64,000 nt of DNA, from positions 2,400,001 to 2,464,000 of the forward strand of contig OY970399.1 in NCBI GenBank assembly GCA_963720545.1, given 5' to 3'. Numbering within the stretch: the first letter of the stretch is position 1; each line of letters opens with the position of its first letter. This DNA comes from an uncultured Acidobacteriota bacterium (GTDB lineage: Bacteria; Acidobacteriota; Vicinamibacteria; Fen-336). The notes beneath the pieces are model-generated. The model did not search any database, had not been told where the DNA came from, and saw only the letters and a program-made list of their open reading frames with translations. This document shows, in pieces, positions 19,188 to 30,179 of this stretch. The translations under genes and the position numbers were made by a program.

Positions 19188-20177
19188 ATGCGCATCGTGT
19201 TCCACGGGGAAGCCGCGTCCGCCTTCGGCGCCGATTTCGCGGCGCTCCTCGACGTGCCCGCTGAGGTGACGCTGCTGCCGGACGCGCTGCGCTCGGATGC
19301 GGAGCGCGCCGCCTATGCCGCGGCCGAGGTGATCGTCAGCTTCCGCTTCGACGCGTCGCTGCCGCATCCGGCGGGGCTGCGCCTCCTGCACATGCCGGGT
19401 GCCGGGCTCGACAAGGTCGACTTCGCCGCATTGCCAGCAGGCGCCATCGTCTGCAACTGCTTCGGCCACGAGCAGCCGATCGCCGAGTACGTGCTGGCGG
19501 CGATGCTCAACCACGCGATCCCCTTCGCGCGTGCCGATGCCGACCTGCGGCGCGGCGACTGGACGCTGCGCGGCGGAGTCGCGCGCAGCGTCCACGGCGA
19601 GCTCGCCGGGCGCAGCATCGGCATCCTCGGCTACGGGCACATCGGCAAGGCGGTGGCGCTACGCGCCAAGGCGTTCGCCATGACCGTGCACGTCGCAAAC
19701 CGCACTGCGATTGCGCCCGGGGCGGTGGTTGACCGCTACCACAGCCTCGCCCCGGGAGCCCTCGCCGGCTTCTGGGCCGCTTGCGAATTCTTCGCCGTGA
19801 CGCTGCCGCTCGCTCCCGAGACCACAGGCATCGTCTCGGCCGCGGCGCTCGCGGCGATGCCGCGCTCGGCGCTGGTCGTCAACGTCGGGCGCGGCGCGCT
19901 CATCGACGAGACGGCGCTCTACGCGGCGCTGCGCGAGCGGCGCATCGCCGGTGCTGTCATCGACACCTGGTATCGCTATCCGTCCGCCGCACAGCCCGAC
20001 ACGCTGCCCGCATCGCAACCGTTCCACGAGCTCGACAACGTGGTGATGACGCCGCACCTTTCGGGCTGGACCCAGGGGACGATCGACCGGCGCCGGCGCG
20101 CGATCGCCGCGAACGTCCGCCGCCGCTTCGCGGGCGAGCCCTGCGTGAACGTCGCGTCGCCGCCTGCTACACCGTGA
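19188..20177 (+). CDS. D-isomer-specific 2-hydroxyacid dehydrogenase
   Basis: GILGYGHIG Rossmann motif, VNVGRG, MTPHLSG. Confidence 0.9.
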   Translation: MRIVFHGEAASAFGADFAALLDVPAEVTLLPDALRSDAERAAYAAAEVIVSFRFDASLPHPAGLRLLHMPGAGLDKVDFAALPAGAIVCNCFGHEQPIAEYVLAAMLNHAIPFARADADLRRGDWTLRGGVARSVHGELAGRSIGILGYGHIGKAVALRAKAFAMTVHVANRTAIAPGAVVDRYHSLAPGALAGFWAACEFFAVTLPLAPETTGIVSAAALAAMPRSALVVNVGRGALIDETALYAALRERRIAGAVIDTWYRYPSAAQPDTLPASQPFHELDNVVMTPHLSGWTQGTIDRRRRAIAANVRRRFAGEPCVNVASPPATP

Positions 20178-23100
20178 CGGCGATGCCGGGCGAGGTGAAG
20201 AGCACGACCCGTTCGCGAATCTCCATGCCGGTCGCCTGCGCGAGGCCGCGGCCGTAGATCTGCAGCTGCGCCGCATGGTGCGCGGCCTGCGCCAGCGCCT
20301 GCTCGGCAACGATGGCGTCGGTCTTGTAGTCGACCACCACCAGGCCGTTGGCTTCGACGAACAGCAGGTCGACGACACCCTCCACCAGCACGCCTTCGTC
20401 GGGGAACCACAGGGGCAGCTCGCGCCAGACGGCGCTCGCCTGCCGCGCGCGCTCCATCACCGGCAGCGCCAGCGCCCGCGTCACCGCCTCGGCGGCGCGG
20501 CCGGCCGCGGCCGCGTCGAGCAGGAACGACGGCGCGAGGCTGGCAGCCATTGCGTGCGCGCGCTCCCGTGCGCCGGGGCCGAAGTCGATGCGCTCGAGGA
20601 TGCGGTGGACCAGCCGGCCAAAGTCGCGCCCGCCGGTGCCGCGAGGCGCCTCCAGCACCGAGGCGGCGGCGGTATCGGCGACCAGGCGGGTGGCGGCGGT
20701 GGGTGCAAAGGGCCGGTACGAGCCGGCTTCGAGGCGCGCCGTGCGTTCGCCGAGCCAGCGCGCGGCCAGCGCATCCTCGCGCACCAGCGTCGGCTCGGGC
20801 GGATGCGCCTGCGGCGGCGGACCTTGGAACAGGCTCTCGGCCTCGAGCACCTGCACGACGTCGTCGCCGCGCTGCGGCAGGTGCGCGATGAGGTCCTTGA
20901 GGAAGTCGCCGGGGCGGGCGCCGCGCGGTGCGGGAATCATCAGCAGGTCGCGCGCCCGGGTGCAGGCGACGTACAGCAGCCGCCGGCTCTCGGCGGCGGC
21001 GCGTGCCCCGTCGGCCTTCGCCAGCTGATCCCAGCCGGGCGGCTGGCAGTTGCGGCGAAAGCCGATCGCGATCTTGTGCTGGTCCCAGAGCGGGATGGCG
21101 TCGGAGCGGCGCTGGCTGTCGGCGGCACAGTCGTAGAGCACCACGATCGGCGCCTCGAGCCCCTTGGCGCGATGGATCGTGAGGACGCGGACCGTGTCGG
21201 GATCGCCGGGGCGAGTGGCCGGCAGGTCGGGCTCTTCGCGCGCGGTGCGGATGCGCTCCTGCAGGAACGCGATGAAACCGCGCAGCGTCAGCACTCCGAG
21301 CGCGGCCGCGCCGCGCGCCAAAGCCGCAACCTTCTCGAGGTTCGCGATCTGCGCCTCGCCGCGCTTCGCGCCGGTGAGCGCCGCGAGCACGCGGGTTTCG
21401 TCGTAGAGCTCGTCGAGCAGGCGCGCCACGGTGAGCTCGCGCCGCCGCTCGTGCAGCGCGCCGAGCGCCGCCATGGCCGGACCCAGCGCGGCAGCGCCCT
21501 GCTTCTCGACGTCGACCTTGCCGCCGAGGTAACCGCCCTCGAGGACGTAGGCGGCGAGGTCGCGGTCGCTGACGCCGAAGAAGGAGGAGCGCAGGGCAGC
21601 CACCAGCGCCACCCGGTCGGACGGGTCGTCGATCGCGCGCAGCACGCTGAGCGTTTCGTGCACCTCCCAGCGATCGAAGAACGACTTGCCGCCCTCGACC
21701 GTGAACCGCAGCCCGGCCGCGTCCATCGCCTCCTCGAGGTGGCGCAGCTGCGTGAGGCGCGAAGCCAGCACCATGACGTCGCCCGCGCGGCTGCCGCGGC
21801 TCGTGCCCGTAGCGGGATCGCGCACCGTGAAGCCTCCGGCCGCGGCGCGCCCGATGAAGGCCGCGGTGGCCGGCGCTTCGAGCCGCAGCAGGTCTTCGCC
21901 CGATGAGAAGGCGCCCTCGAAGCCGAGCGCCATCACCGATGGCGACGGGTCGAGTCCTGGCGGCGGCTCGATGGCCTCGTAGGCCGGCTGTCCCGCGGCA
22001 TCGGAAGCCTGGATCAACTCGGCGAACACGCGATTGGCGAAGCTCAGGATCGCAGGCCGCGAGCGAAAGTTCTGCGTCAGGTGCAGCACGGCGCGGCGCG
22101 GCGCGGCTTCGTACTCCTTGGAAATGCGGCGGAAGAGATCCACGTCGGCGCGGCGGAAGCGGTAGATCGACTGCTTGGCATCGCCCACCACCACGAGCGC
22201 GCCGGGCCGGTCGCCGGCGAGCAAGGCCGCGATCTCGCCCTGCAAGGGGTCCGTGTCCTGGAACTCGTCGATGATGAGATACGGGAAGCGTGCGCGGAAA
22301 TAGCGGCGCAGCGATTCGCGGTCGCGCAGCGCGTCGCGCGCCAGCACCAGCAGGTCGAGGAAGTCGAGGGCGCCGCGCGCGCGCTTCTTCTTCTGGTAAA
22401 GGGAGACGACGCCGAGCAGCGCCGCGACGATGCGCGCGTGAAACGCCGCGGAGCGGCCCGCCTGCCACGAGGCGATCGCGGAGTTGATCTCCTCGCGCAG
22501 CACCCGCCCCTGCTCGAGCGCCTCCGCGGACGCCCACTTCTCCTTGTTGCCGCGCACGTCGAGCGGCGCGAAGCCCTCCAGGTGTTGTGCCAGCTCGGCT
22601 TCATCGACCTCCTGCACCACCGTCGCGAAACCGCCGAAGGCGTGGAGCCGGGCGCGCAGCGTGTCGGCGGCCTCCGCCTGCGCGCAGAGCGCCTGCGCTT
22701 TCTTGCCGAGCGCCAGCAGCTGCACGCGGATGTCGGGGCCGCCCGAAACGGCGCCTACCAGCGGTTCCAGGTCGCGCTCTTCAACCAGGCGGCGGGCGAG
22801 GCCGCGCAGCGAGGAGCGCTCGGCCCAGCTCTCGGCTTCGAGGGCGATGCCGGCGTCCACCGCGGCCAGCACGATGTCGTCGCCCTCCATGAGGCGGGTG
22901 CTGAGCCACTCGTCCCACGCCGCGCCGAACAGCAGGTCGATCTCGGCCTCGTCGGCCATGCGGAAGCCGGGGATCACCGAGCACTCGAGGGGCCGCTCCT
23001 GCAGCATCGCCGCGCACAGGGCATGGATCGTCGAGATCGGCGCGCGCTCGAGGATGTCGAGGGCGGCCGCGGCGCGCTCCCGCGCGATTGCGCTCTGGGC

Positions 23101-23361
23101 GGGGTCTGTGCGCCGGCGCTCGAGGCGCTCGCGCAGCCGCAGCTTCATGGTGGCGGCGGCATTCTCGGTGAAGGTCACCGCCGCGATCTGGTCGAGCGTG
23201 GCGCGGCCGCCGAGAACCAGCGCCTCGATGCGGTCGATGATCAGCGTCGTCTTGCCGGTGCCGGCGCCCGCCTCGATGACCAGGCTCGTGTCGAGGTCGG
23301 TGCGCGCCCGCTCGCGCGCCGCCTGGTCCACCGGAACGAAGGCTGCCCGCGTCGTCGTCAT
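20167..23361 (-). CDS. addA: AddA-like UvrD helicase/nuclease
   Basis: AGAGTGKT, IDEFQDTD, VGDAKQSIYRFR, LTIHRAKGLE, LLYVACTRA, and a C-terminal nuclease (VDYKTD). Confidence 0.88.
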   Translation of the reverse strand: MTTTRAAFVPVDQAARERARTDLDTSLVIEAGAGTGKTTLIIDRIEALVLGGRATLDQIAAVTFTENAAATMKLRLRERLERRRTDPAQSAIARERAAAALDILERAPISTIHALCAAMLQERPLECSVIPGFRMADEAEIDLLFGAAWDEWLSTRLMEGDDIVLAAVDAGIALEAESWAERSSLRGLARRLVEERDLEPLVGAVSGGPDIRVQLLALGKKAQALCAQAEAADTLRARLHAFGGFATVVQEVDEAELAQHLEGFAPLDVRGNKEKWASAEALEQGRVLREEINSAIASWQAGRSAAFHARIVAALLGVVSLYQKKKRARGALDFLDLLVLARDALRDRESLRRYFRARFPYLIIDEFQDTDPLQGEIAALLAGDRPGALVVVGDAKQSIYRFRRADVDLFRRISKEYEAAPRRAVLHLTQNFRSRPAILSFANRVFAELIQASDAAGQPAYEAIEPPPGLDPSPSVMALGFEGAFSSGEDLLRLEAPATAAFIGRAAAGGFTVRDPATGTSRGSRAGDVMVLASRLTQLRHLEEAMDAAGLRFTVEGGKSFFDRWEVHETLSVLRAIDDPSDRVALVAALRSSFFGVSDRDLAAYVLEGGYLGGKVDVEKQGAAALGPAMAALGALHERRRELTVARLLDELYDETRVLAALTGAKRGEAQIANLEKVAALARGAAALGVLTLRGFIAFLQERIRTAREEPDLPATRPGDPDTVRVLTIHRAKGLEAPIVVLYDCAADSQRRSDAIPLWDQHKIAIGFRRNCQPPGWDQLAKADGARAAAESRRLLYVACTRARDLLMIPAPRGARPGDFLKDLIAHLPQRGDDVVQVLEAESLFQGPPPQAHPPEPTLVREDALAARWLGERTARLEAGSYRPFAPTAATRLVADTAAASVLEAPRGTGGRDFGRLVHRILERIDFGPGARERAHAMAASLAPSFLLDAAAAGRAAEAVTRALALPVMERARQASAVWRELPLWFPDEGVLVEGVVDLLFVEANGLVVVDYKTDAIVAEQALAQAAHHAAQLQIYGRGLAQATGMEIRERVVLFTSPGIAVTV

Positions 23362-26300
23362 CGCGAGTCACGCAGACGCAGGACGCTGCGCACCCGCGGA
23401 TCGTTGAGCTTGTAGATGCGGCGCAGTTCGAGGTGCGGCTGCGGCCCGCACACCGCCTTGAAGTCGCACCAGGTGCAGGCCGCCGGTTCCTGGACGAAGT
23501 GCCCCGAGGCGATGGCGTCGACCATGTCGCGCAGCCGCGTCGTGAACGCCTCGTCGCCCAGCGCCTTCAGGTCGAAGACCACGTCGCGGCCGCCGTCCAC
23601 GTAGTCGAGGAACGCGCGCGAGACCTTTTCGCCCGGAAACAGCTGCCCCGCGGCCAGCACGTAGAACGGGATCTGCAGCTGCGAGCCGCTGCGGAAGATG
23701 CGGTTGTCGTCTTTGGGCGCGCGGCCTGTCTTGTAGTCGCGCAGCACCAGGGTGCCGTCCTGCGCGCGGTCGATGCGGTCGATCTTGCCGCCGACACGCA
23801 GCACGCGCCCGTCCCTGAGGTCGATCGCGAGCGGTTCCTTCAGGTGCGGCTCGCCCGGGCTCGGCGCGACGCTCGGACCGAAGCCGACCTCGAAGTGGAT
23901 GGGCGTCGTGCTGTTGGCGGTGCGGAGTTCGCGTCGCAGCCACGCAAGGGTCAGCTCGCGAAACGCCTGGCACTCGCGCTCCCACAGCGCGGTGAAGAGC
24001 GGCGGGCTCCTGGCGGCGAGATCGTCGAGCGCCTGGTCGGCGGCCCGGCGCAGTCGTGCGCGGGTTGCGACATCGTCCGTGAGCGGCAGCCGGCCCGCGT
24101 CGCGCTCCATGCGCAGGAACTTCTCGGCGACGCGGTGGAACAAGTCGCCGCGCTCGAGCGGCGAGAGCCGCAGGCGCTCTTCGGGCTCGAGCGTTGGCGA
24201 CAGCTTCAGGACGTACTGCAGCATGTAGCGAAAGCCGCACTGCGAGAACGTTGCCAGGCGGCTCGCCGACACCGGCGTGCCGCCGGTCGTCGGGTCGAGG
24301 CGCAGCGCCAGGTCGGCGGGCAGCGGGCTCACCAGGCCGTCGTACATCGTGAGGTCTTTCGACCAGCGCCGCTCGGCGGCGTGGCGCGAACGGCGGAAGT
24401 GCGGCGACGACGCGGCGATGGCATCGGCAGCGCCGTCCTCGCCGCGGCGCATGCGTGCACGGTCGCGCTCGGAGGCGTCGAGCGTCTCGAGGATGGGGAG
24501 CGCGTCGAGCGAATCCTCGGCGACCAGCGCCTCGAGGTCGGATGCCGCCAGGACGCGGCCGTGAAGCGCCGAGGCCGCGGCGGCGAAGAACAAGGACGGC
24601 AGGCGTTCGCGGCCGGTGCGCGGATCGGCGCGCGGATAGGAGAGGCACAGGCTTTCGGTCGCTTGCGCGAGTGCACGCCGGAAGCGGCGGCGCGCAGCGA
24701 GCAGCCGGTCCTGGCTCGTCGGCAGCGGATCGATGCCCGCGACGCGCGGCACAGGCGTTGCCGGATCCTCGAAGAGGCCCAGCTGCCTGCCGGTTGCCGC
24801 AGGCGTCGCGGGAGCAGCGCCGGCAGGTGCCGCGCCGTCCTGCGCTTTCGACAAGGCCTCGCGCTCGGCATCGAGGAGGAATGGGTCGGGACGCAGCAGC
24901 CCGGGAAAGCCGCCCTCGACGAGGCCCGGAATGGCGACGAAGCGGAACGGCACGCCCGCGAGCGCATCGAAGACGCCGACATGCACCGCCGAGCCCTCGG
25001 CGCGCACCATCGGCATGCGCTCCCATTCGAAGCGCGCTGCGACGACGCGCTCCACTTCCTCGAAGCGCGCCAGAGGCGCCGCGAACTCGAGCCCGCCCAG
25101 GTCCTTCACGACCGCGCACACGGTATCGCGGTCGTGTTCGGGGCCCAGCCACTCGTCGATCGCAGCGAGGAGGCGCTCCGACCAGTCGCGCCACGACGCG
25201 GTGCCCGCGAGCCGTTCGAGCGTGGCGGCGAGGCGCTCCACCACCGCCGCCAGGCTCTCGGCGTTCTGCGCGCGCGCCGCGCGCCGCCGCTGCGCCGCCT
25301 CGTCGCTCGGGCGCTGCGCCTCGCGCCGCTGTTCCTCGGCGTAGTGCGCAAGCCCGGCGCGGAAGCGCTCGCGGCCCGACACGATCGCCGCGTCGCGGCT
25401 GATGTCGTCCCATTGCGACGCGGGCCAGGGGCCCGTGCCTTCGGGCGGCGTCACGAACGTGAGGAACTCCATGACCGCCGCGCGCTCGAGTTCGCGGCAG
25501 CGGAACAGCAGCAGCAGCGTGCGCGCCGCGCGGCCGAAGCGCAGCGGCAGGGACGGATGCAGGCGGTAGGGGATTCCGAGGCGCTCGAACAGGTCGGAGA
25601 AGAGCGCCGCGTAGTCTTCGGCGCGCGGCAGCAGCACGCCCATGTCTTCGAAGGGCATGCCGGCCTGCGCGTTCTGCAGGATGCGCCGCGCGATGGCGCG
25701 CACCTCGTTGGCCTCGGACGACGCGGTGAGGAAAGTGACTCCGCCGCGGGCCGCCGGAGTCTCCCGGGATTGCGTTGGTGGCGCAGGCGGCGCGAACAAC
25801 CGCGCAACCACCGCCTCGAGGTCCGGCGGCATTGGCGGCGGGGCGAGCGGTTCCAGGAGGGTGCCGGCGTAGCCTTCGTCGAGGTGGCGCAGCGGCACGG
25901 TCCGCGCGAGTGCTTCGAAAAAGAGCCGTTCATGCCCGTGAACGTCGAGGCGTTCCACCACCAACCCCGCCACGCCGCGGAGCCACGGCGTCTCCGCAAC
26001 GCGCGCTGCCGCTTCCTTATATATGGCGGCGGGATCGAGGAAGCCGGCCATGTCCGCGTCGAAGCGCCGGTACAAGGCGGCGAGCGCGGCGAGCCGGTCG
26101 GCATCGTCGCCGCTGCCGCCGCCGCGCGCCGCGAATGCCGCGACCTCATCCGGCGTGAAGCCGCGGGCACGCAGGTCGCGCAGCGTGCGGGCGAGCGCCG
26201 CGGCCACCGGTCCGCTCGGCAGGTTGACGTCGAGGCGCAGCTGCGGCACCTCGCCCAGGTGCCGGCCCGCCAGGAGCGCCGCGAGGCCGCTGTCCCAGAG

Positions 26301-26468
26301 GCGGCGGCCGCCGCCGAGCAGCGCCGGCTCGGCCACGGCTGTCGCTAGTTCCTGGAGGCGAAAGGGCAGGAGACCGGCGACCGCCCGGCCGGTCGAGGCG
26401 AGGCGCCTGGGCCACAGCGAGGCCGCGGCCAGGGACGGCACGATCAGCAGCGTCGCCTGCAGCACCAT
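23358..26468 (-). CDS. addB: AddB-like inactive helicase/PD-(D/E)XK nuclease
   Basis: ATG 26468, degenerate helicase region, SASRL...QCGFRY, GKIDRID...DYKTG, CTWCDFKAVC Fe-S staple. ATGA overlap with addA. Confidence 0.82.
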   Translation of the reverse strand: MVLQATLLIVPSLAAASLWPRRLASTGRAVAGLLPFRLQELATAVAEPALLGGGRRLWDSGLAALLAGRHLGEVPQLRLDVNLPSGPVAAALARTLRDLRARGFTPDEVAAFAARGGGSGDDADRLAALAALYRRFDADMAGFLDPAAIYKEAAARVAETPWLRGVAGLVVERLDVHGHERLFFEALARTVPLRHLDEGYAGTLLEPLAPPPMPPDLEAVVARLFAPPAPPTQSRETPAARGGVTFLTASSEANEVRAIARRILQNAQAGMPFEDMGVLLPRAEDYAALFSDLFERLGIPYRLHPSLPLRFGRAARTLLLLFRCRELERAAVMEFLTFVTPPEGTGPWPASQWDDISRDAAIVSGRERFRAGLAHYAEEQRREAQRPSDEAAQRRRAARAQNAESLAAVVERLAATLERLAGTASWRDWSERLLAAIDEWLGPEHDRDTVCAVVKDLGGLEFAAPLARFEEVERVVAARFEWERMPMVRAEGSAVHVGVFDALAGVPFRFVAIPGLVEGGFPGLLRPDPFLLDAEREALSKAQDGAAPAGAAPATPAATGRQLGLFEDPATPVPRVAGIDPLPTSQDRLLAARRRFRRALAQATESLCLSYPRADPRTGRERLPSLFFAAAASALHGRVLAASDLEALVAEDSLDALPILETLDASERDRARMRRGEDGAADAIAASSPHFRRSRHAAERRWSKDLTMYDGLVSPLPADLALRLDPTTGGTPVSASRLATFSQCGFRYMLQYVLKLSPTLEPEERLRLSPLERGDLFHRVAEKFLRMERDAGRLPLTDDVATRARLRRAADQALDDLAARSPPLFTALWERECQAFRELTLAWLRRELRTANSTTPIHFEVGFGPSVAPSPGEPHLKEPLAIDLRDGRVLRVGGKIDRIDRAQDGTLVLRDYKTGRAPKDDNRIFRSGSQLQIPFYVLAAGQLFPGEKVSRAFLDYVDGGRDVVFDLKALGDEAFTTRLRDMVDAIASGHFVQEPAACTWCDFKAVCGPQPHLELRRIYKLNDPRVRSVLRLRDSR

Positions 26469-26553
26469 GTGCCGCGATGATAGCGTCGCCTGCTGGCCCC
26501 TCGGGTCCCGTGTAGTATTCTGGACTTTCGTCAGGAACACTTCCAAACACCTA

Positions 26554-29190
26554 ATGGCCCTACTCGACAAGCTGCGCTCCAAGCCCGCCTGGCAGCATGC
26601 CGACGCGGTGATCCGGGCGAGCGCGGTGCGCCAGCTCGGCAGCGAGCACCAGGAGCTCTTCACCACCATCGCCACCACCGACGCCGACCCGCACGTGCGC
26701 AAGGTGGCGGTGTCGAAGATCGACTCGGTCGAGACGCTGGCGCGCATCGGCGGCGACGAGGCCGACGCGATCGTCAAGGGCGAGGCTGCCGCGCGGCTCG
26801 CGAAGATCGCGGCCGAGGACAGCGACGAGGAGCGCGCGCGCGCCGCCTCCGCCGTGCTCACCGACCCGAAGGCGCTGCTGCTGCTCGCCAAGACGGCGCG
26901 CCTCGGCAGCGTGCGCCGTGCGGCGCTCGAGCGCATCAGCGACCCGCGCGGGCTTGCCACGCTCGCGAAGAACGCCGAGGAGGGCGTGCTGCGCCTCGAG
27001 GCGCTGGCGCGCATCGACGACCAGGCGCTGCTCGCCGAGGTGGCCGGCAAGGCCGAGTCGCGCGATGTGGCGGTTGCCGCCGTCGACCGTCTCGACGACC
27101 GCGAGGCGCTGGCGAAGCTCGCCGAGAAGTCGCGCAACAAGGCCGCCTCGCGGCGTGCAGCCGTGCGCCTCTCCGGGCTGCGCGCCGCCGACGCCGTGCC
27201 GGCGCCGAAGGACGACGCAAGCGAAGACGAGATCGCGCGCTACGAGGAAGCCAAGGCGGCGATGATCCGCGAAGCGGAAGCGCTCGAGACCGCCAGGCGC
27301 AGCCGCGAGGCGCTGGTGGAGCGCGTGCAGAAGCTGCGCGGCGAAACCATTCCTGCGAGCCTGATGGCGATTCGCGGCGAGTGGGCCGAGCTGCCCGCCT
27401 TCGACAGCGACGAGGGCCGTGCCCTGCAGGCGCGTTTCGATACCGCTGGCGGGAACGCGCAGGCGCGCTTCGACGCGCTCGGCCCTTCGGAAGAGCGGCG
27501 CACCGCCGCCGAGGCGATTTGCGCCGAGGCCGAAGAGATCGCCGCCACCGACGCCGAGCCCGGCGAGGGCAGGAAGCGCCTCGCCGAGTTGCGCGCCTCG
27601 CTGCCGGCGTTCGCGGAGTACGACGACTGGAAGGACGCGCTCCTCGAGCGCTTCGCCAGGGCCGAGGCGCTGTTCGCCGCGCACGACAAGCTGTCGCGCG
27701 AGGAGCGCGAACAGCAGGTGCGCGCCAACCAGGCGCGCCTCAACGCGCTGATCGAGAAGATCGAGGCGCTGGCGAAGGCCGAGACGGTGGCGCTCAAGGA
27801 CGCGGCGCTCGCCCTGCGCGAAACCAAGGAAGCGCTCGACCAGACCGGCCCGCTGCCGACGAAGAAGGAGCGCGAAGAGCTGGTAGCGCGCCTCAAGGCG
27901 GCGCGCGGCCTCCTCTACCCGCGCGTGCAGGAGCTGCGCGAGGCCGACGACTGGACCCGCTGGGCGAACGTCGCCAAGCAGGAAGAGCTGATCGTGCGCA
28001 TGGAGGCGCTCAAGGAGCCGATCGCCGGCGACCGCCTGGTGCGCAGCTACCGCGAAATCCAGGAGGAGTGGAAGCAGTACAGCCAGGTGCCGAAGAACCA
28101 GGCGCAGCTCCTCTGGCAGCGCTACAAGGCAGCCCGCGACCAGGTGTCGGGCAAGGTGCGCGACTTCCTGGTGGCACGGCGCTCGGTGTGGGCCGAGAGC
28201 CTGGCGAAAAAGGAAGCGCTGTGCGTGCGCGCGGAGGCGCTCGCGGAATCGACCAACTGGGTCGAGACCGCGAAAGAGCTGCAGAAGCTGCAGAACGAGT
28301 GGAAAGCTTCCGGGCCGGTGTCGCGCAAGCATTCGGAGAAGATCTGGCAGCGTTTCCGCACCGCCTGCGACGTGTTCTTCAAGAAGCGCAAGGAAGACCT
28401 CGACAAGCGCAAGGGCGTCTGGGACGAGAACCTCGCGAAGAAGGAAGCGCTCTGCGTCCAGGCCGAGGCGCTCTCGCAGTCGCTCGAGTGGGAGAAGACG
28501 GCGAAGGAGCTGCAGCGGCTGCAGGCCGAGTGGAAGAAGGTCGGGCCGGTACGCAAGAGCAAGTCGGAAGTGCTGTGGAAGCGCTTCCGCACCGCCTGCG
28601 ACGGGTTCTTCGAGCGCTTCAAGAAGCGCTACCAGATCGCAAGCGACGAGCGCGGCACCGAAGCCGTGGCGCTTTGCGCCGAGCTCGAGGGCCTGCTGCC
28701 GCCCGAAGGCGAAGCGCTCGCCGAGGACTTCAAGACCAGGGTGCAGGACGTGCTTTCGCGCTGGAAGACCTTGTCCGCCAAGGGCCCGCTGCCCAAGGAT
28801 CACGTCGACCGCTTCTTCGCGGCACGCGCCGCCGTGGCCGCGCGCGACCCCGGCTCGTTCGCCGGCACCGAACTCGATCCGCAGATGTCGAAGAAGCGCC
28901 TCGAGAAGCTGGTGAAGAAGGTCGAAAGCCTGATCCCGCGCAGCGAGGCGGCGCCGGCCGCGGATTCGGTCGCCTCGCTCGCACAGAAGCTGCAGGCCGC
29001 GATGTCGGGCAGCGCCATCGGCGGCCGCGCCGAGGCCGAAGCCCGCAAGCGCGCCGCGGTCGAGGAAGTGAAGGCGGCACAGGCCGCCTTGAAGCGGCTC
29101 GGCGCGCTGCCCGCGGACGATTCGTCGGCGGCGCTGCAAAAGCGCTTCCGCGACGCCTGCGACCGTTTCTTCGCCGCCCAGCGGGCGTGA
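26554..29190 (+). CDS. DUF349 domain-containing helical protein
   Basis: ATG 26554, N-terminal HEAT-like repeats, repeated units of type LQxEWKxxGPV...LWxRFRTACDxFF. Confidence 0.8.
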   Translation: MALLDKLRSKPAWQHADAVIRASAVRQLGSEHQELFTTIATTDADPHVRKVAVSKIDSVETLARIGGDEADAIVKGEAAARLAKIAAEDSDEERARAASAVLTDPKALLLLAKTARLGSVRRAALERISDPRGLATLAKNAEEGVLRLEALARIDDQALLAEVAGKAESRDVAVAAVDRLDDREALAKLAEKSRNKAASRRAAVRLSGLRAADAVPAPKDDASEDEIARYEEAKAAMIREAEALETARRSREALVERVQKLRGETIPASLMAIRGEWAELPAFDSDEGRALQARFDTAGGNAQARFDALGPSEERRTAAEAICAEAEEIAATDAEPGEGRKRLAELRASLPAFAEYDDWKDALLERFARAEALFAAHDKLSREEREQQVRANQARLNALIEKIEALAKAETVALKDAALALRETKEALDQTGPLPTKKEREELVARLKAARGLLYPRVQELREADDWTRWANVAKQEELIVRMEALKEPIAGDRLVRSYREIQEEWKQYSQVPKNQAQLLWQRYKAARDQVSGKVRDFLVARRSVWAESLAKKEALCVRAEALAESTNWVETAKELQKLQNEWKASGPVSRKHSEKIWQRFRTACDVFFKKRKEDLDKRKGVWDENLAKKEALCVQAEALSQSLEWEKTAKELQRLQAEWKKVGPVRKSKSEVLWKRFRTACDGFFERFKKRYQIASDERGTEAVALCAELEGLLPPEGEALAEDFKTRVQDVLSRWKTLSAKGPLPKDHVDRFFAARAAVAARDPGSFAGTELDPQMSKKRLEKLVKKVESLIPRSEAAPAADSVASLAQKLQAAMSGSAIGGRAEAEARKRAAVEEVKAAQAALKRLGALPADDSSAALQKRFRDACDRFFAAQRA

Positions 29191-29205
29191 CGGCGTAAGG
29201 GCGCC

Positions 29206-30177
29206 TTGCCCCGCCCGTCGCCGCCGCCGCTGGGCACGTCGTTCCGGGCCGCCGCCCTCGCCCGCTACATCGCCTTCGACCGCGCCGAGTGGGCGCGCCT
29301 GCGCGGCGCGACGCCGCTGACGCTCACCGAGGCCGACCTCGAGCGCCTGCGCGGCATCAACGTCAGCTTGTCGCTTCGCGAGGTCGAGGAGGTGTACCTG
29401 CCGCTGTCGCGGCTCCTCAACCTCTATGTCGCGGCCGCCCAGGAGCTGTACCGTGTCAGCGACGTGTTCCTCGGCCGGCCGGCGTCGAAGGTGCCCTACG
29501 TCATCGGCATCGGCGGCAGCGTGGCGGTGGGCAAGAGCACCACGGCGCGCGTGCTGCACGAACTGCTCGCCCGCTGGCCCAACCACCCGCGCGTCGACCT
29601 CGTCACCACCGACGGCTTCCTGTTCCCGAACGCCGAACTCGAGGCGCGCGGGCTGATGACGCGCAAGGGCTTTCCCGAGAGCTACGACACCCGCCGCCTG
29701 GTGCACTTCCTCGGCGACGTCAAGGCCGGCCGCGCGCACGTTGAGGCGCCGGTCTACTCGCACCAGGTCTACGACATCGTTCCCGACCAGCACCAGGTGG
29801 TGAACGAGCCCGACATCCTCATCATCGAGGGGCTGAACGTGCTGCAGTCGGGCAGCTCGAAGCGCGCGCAGGTGTTCGTCTCCGACTTCTTCGACTTCTC
29901 GATCTACGTCGACGCCGACGAGGGCGACATCCGCTCGTGGTACGTCGAGCGCTTCCTGAAGCTGCGCGAGACCGTGTTTCGCGACCCCGCCTCCTACTTC
30001 CGCCGCTACGCCGACCTCACGATCGACGCCGCGCGCGCCGAGGCGCTGCGCATCTGGGAGGAGATCAACGGGCCGAACCTGCGCCAGAACATTGAACCCA
30101 CCCGCGAGCGCGCTCACCTGCTGCTGCGCAAGGGCCCGCGCCACGTGGTCAGCGAGATCAAGCTGCGCAAGATTTAA
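29206..30177 (+). CDS. coaA: Type I pantothenate kinase
   Basis: [52 protein letters not shown]. Confidence 0.95.
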   Translation: MPRPSPPPLGTSFRAAALARYIAFDRAEWARLRGATPLTLTEADLERLRGINVSLSLREVEEVYLPLSRLLNLYVAAAQELYRVSDVFLGRPASKVPYVIGIGGSVAVGKSTTARVLHELLARWPNHPRVDLVTTDGFLFPNAELEARGLMTRKGFPESYDTRRLVHFLGDVKAGRAHVEAPVYSHQVYDIVPDQHQVVNEPDILIIEGLNVLQSGSSKRAQVFVSDFFDFSIYVDADEGDIRSWYVERFLKLRETVFRDPASYFRRYADLTIDAARAEALRIWEEINGPNLRQNIEPTRERAHLLLRKGPRHVVSEIKLRKI

Positions 30178-30179
30178 CG

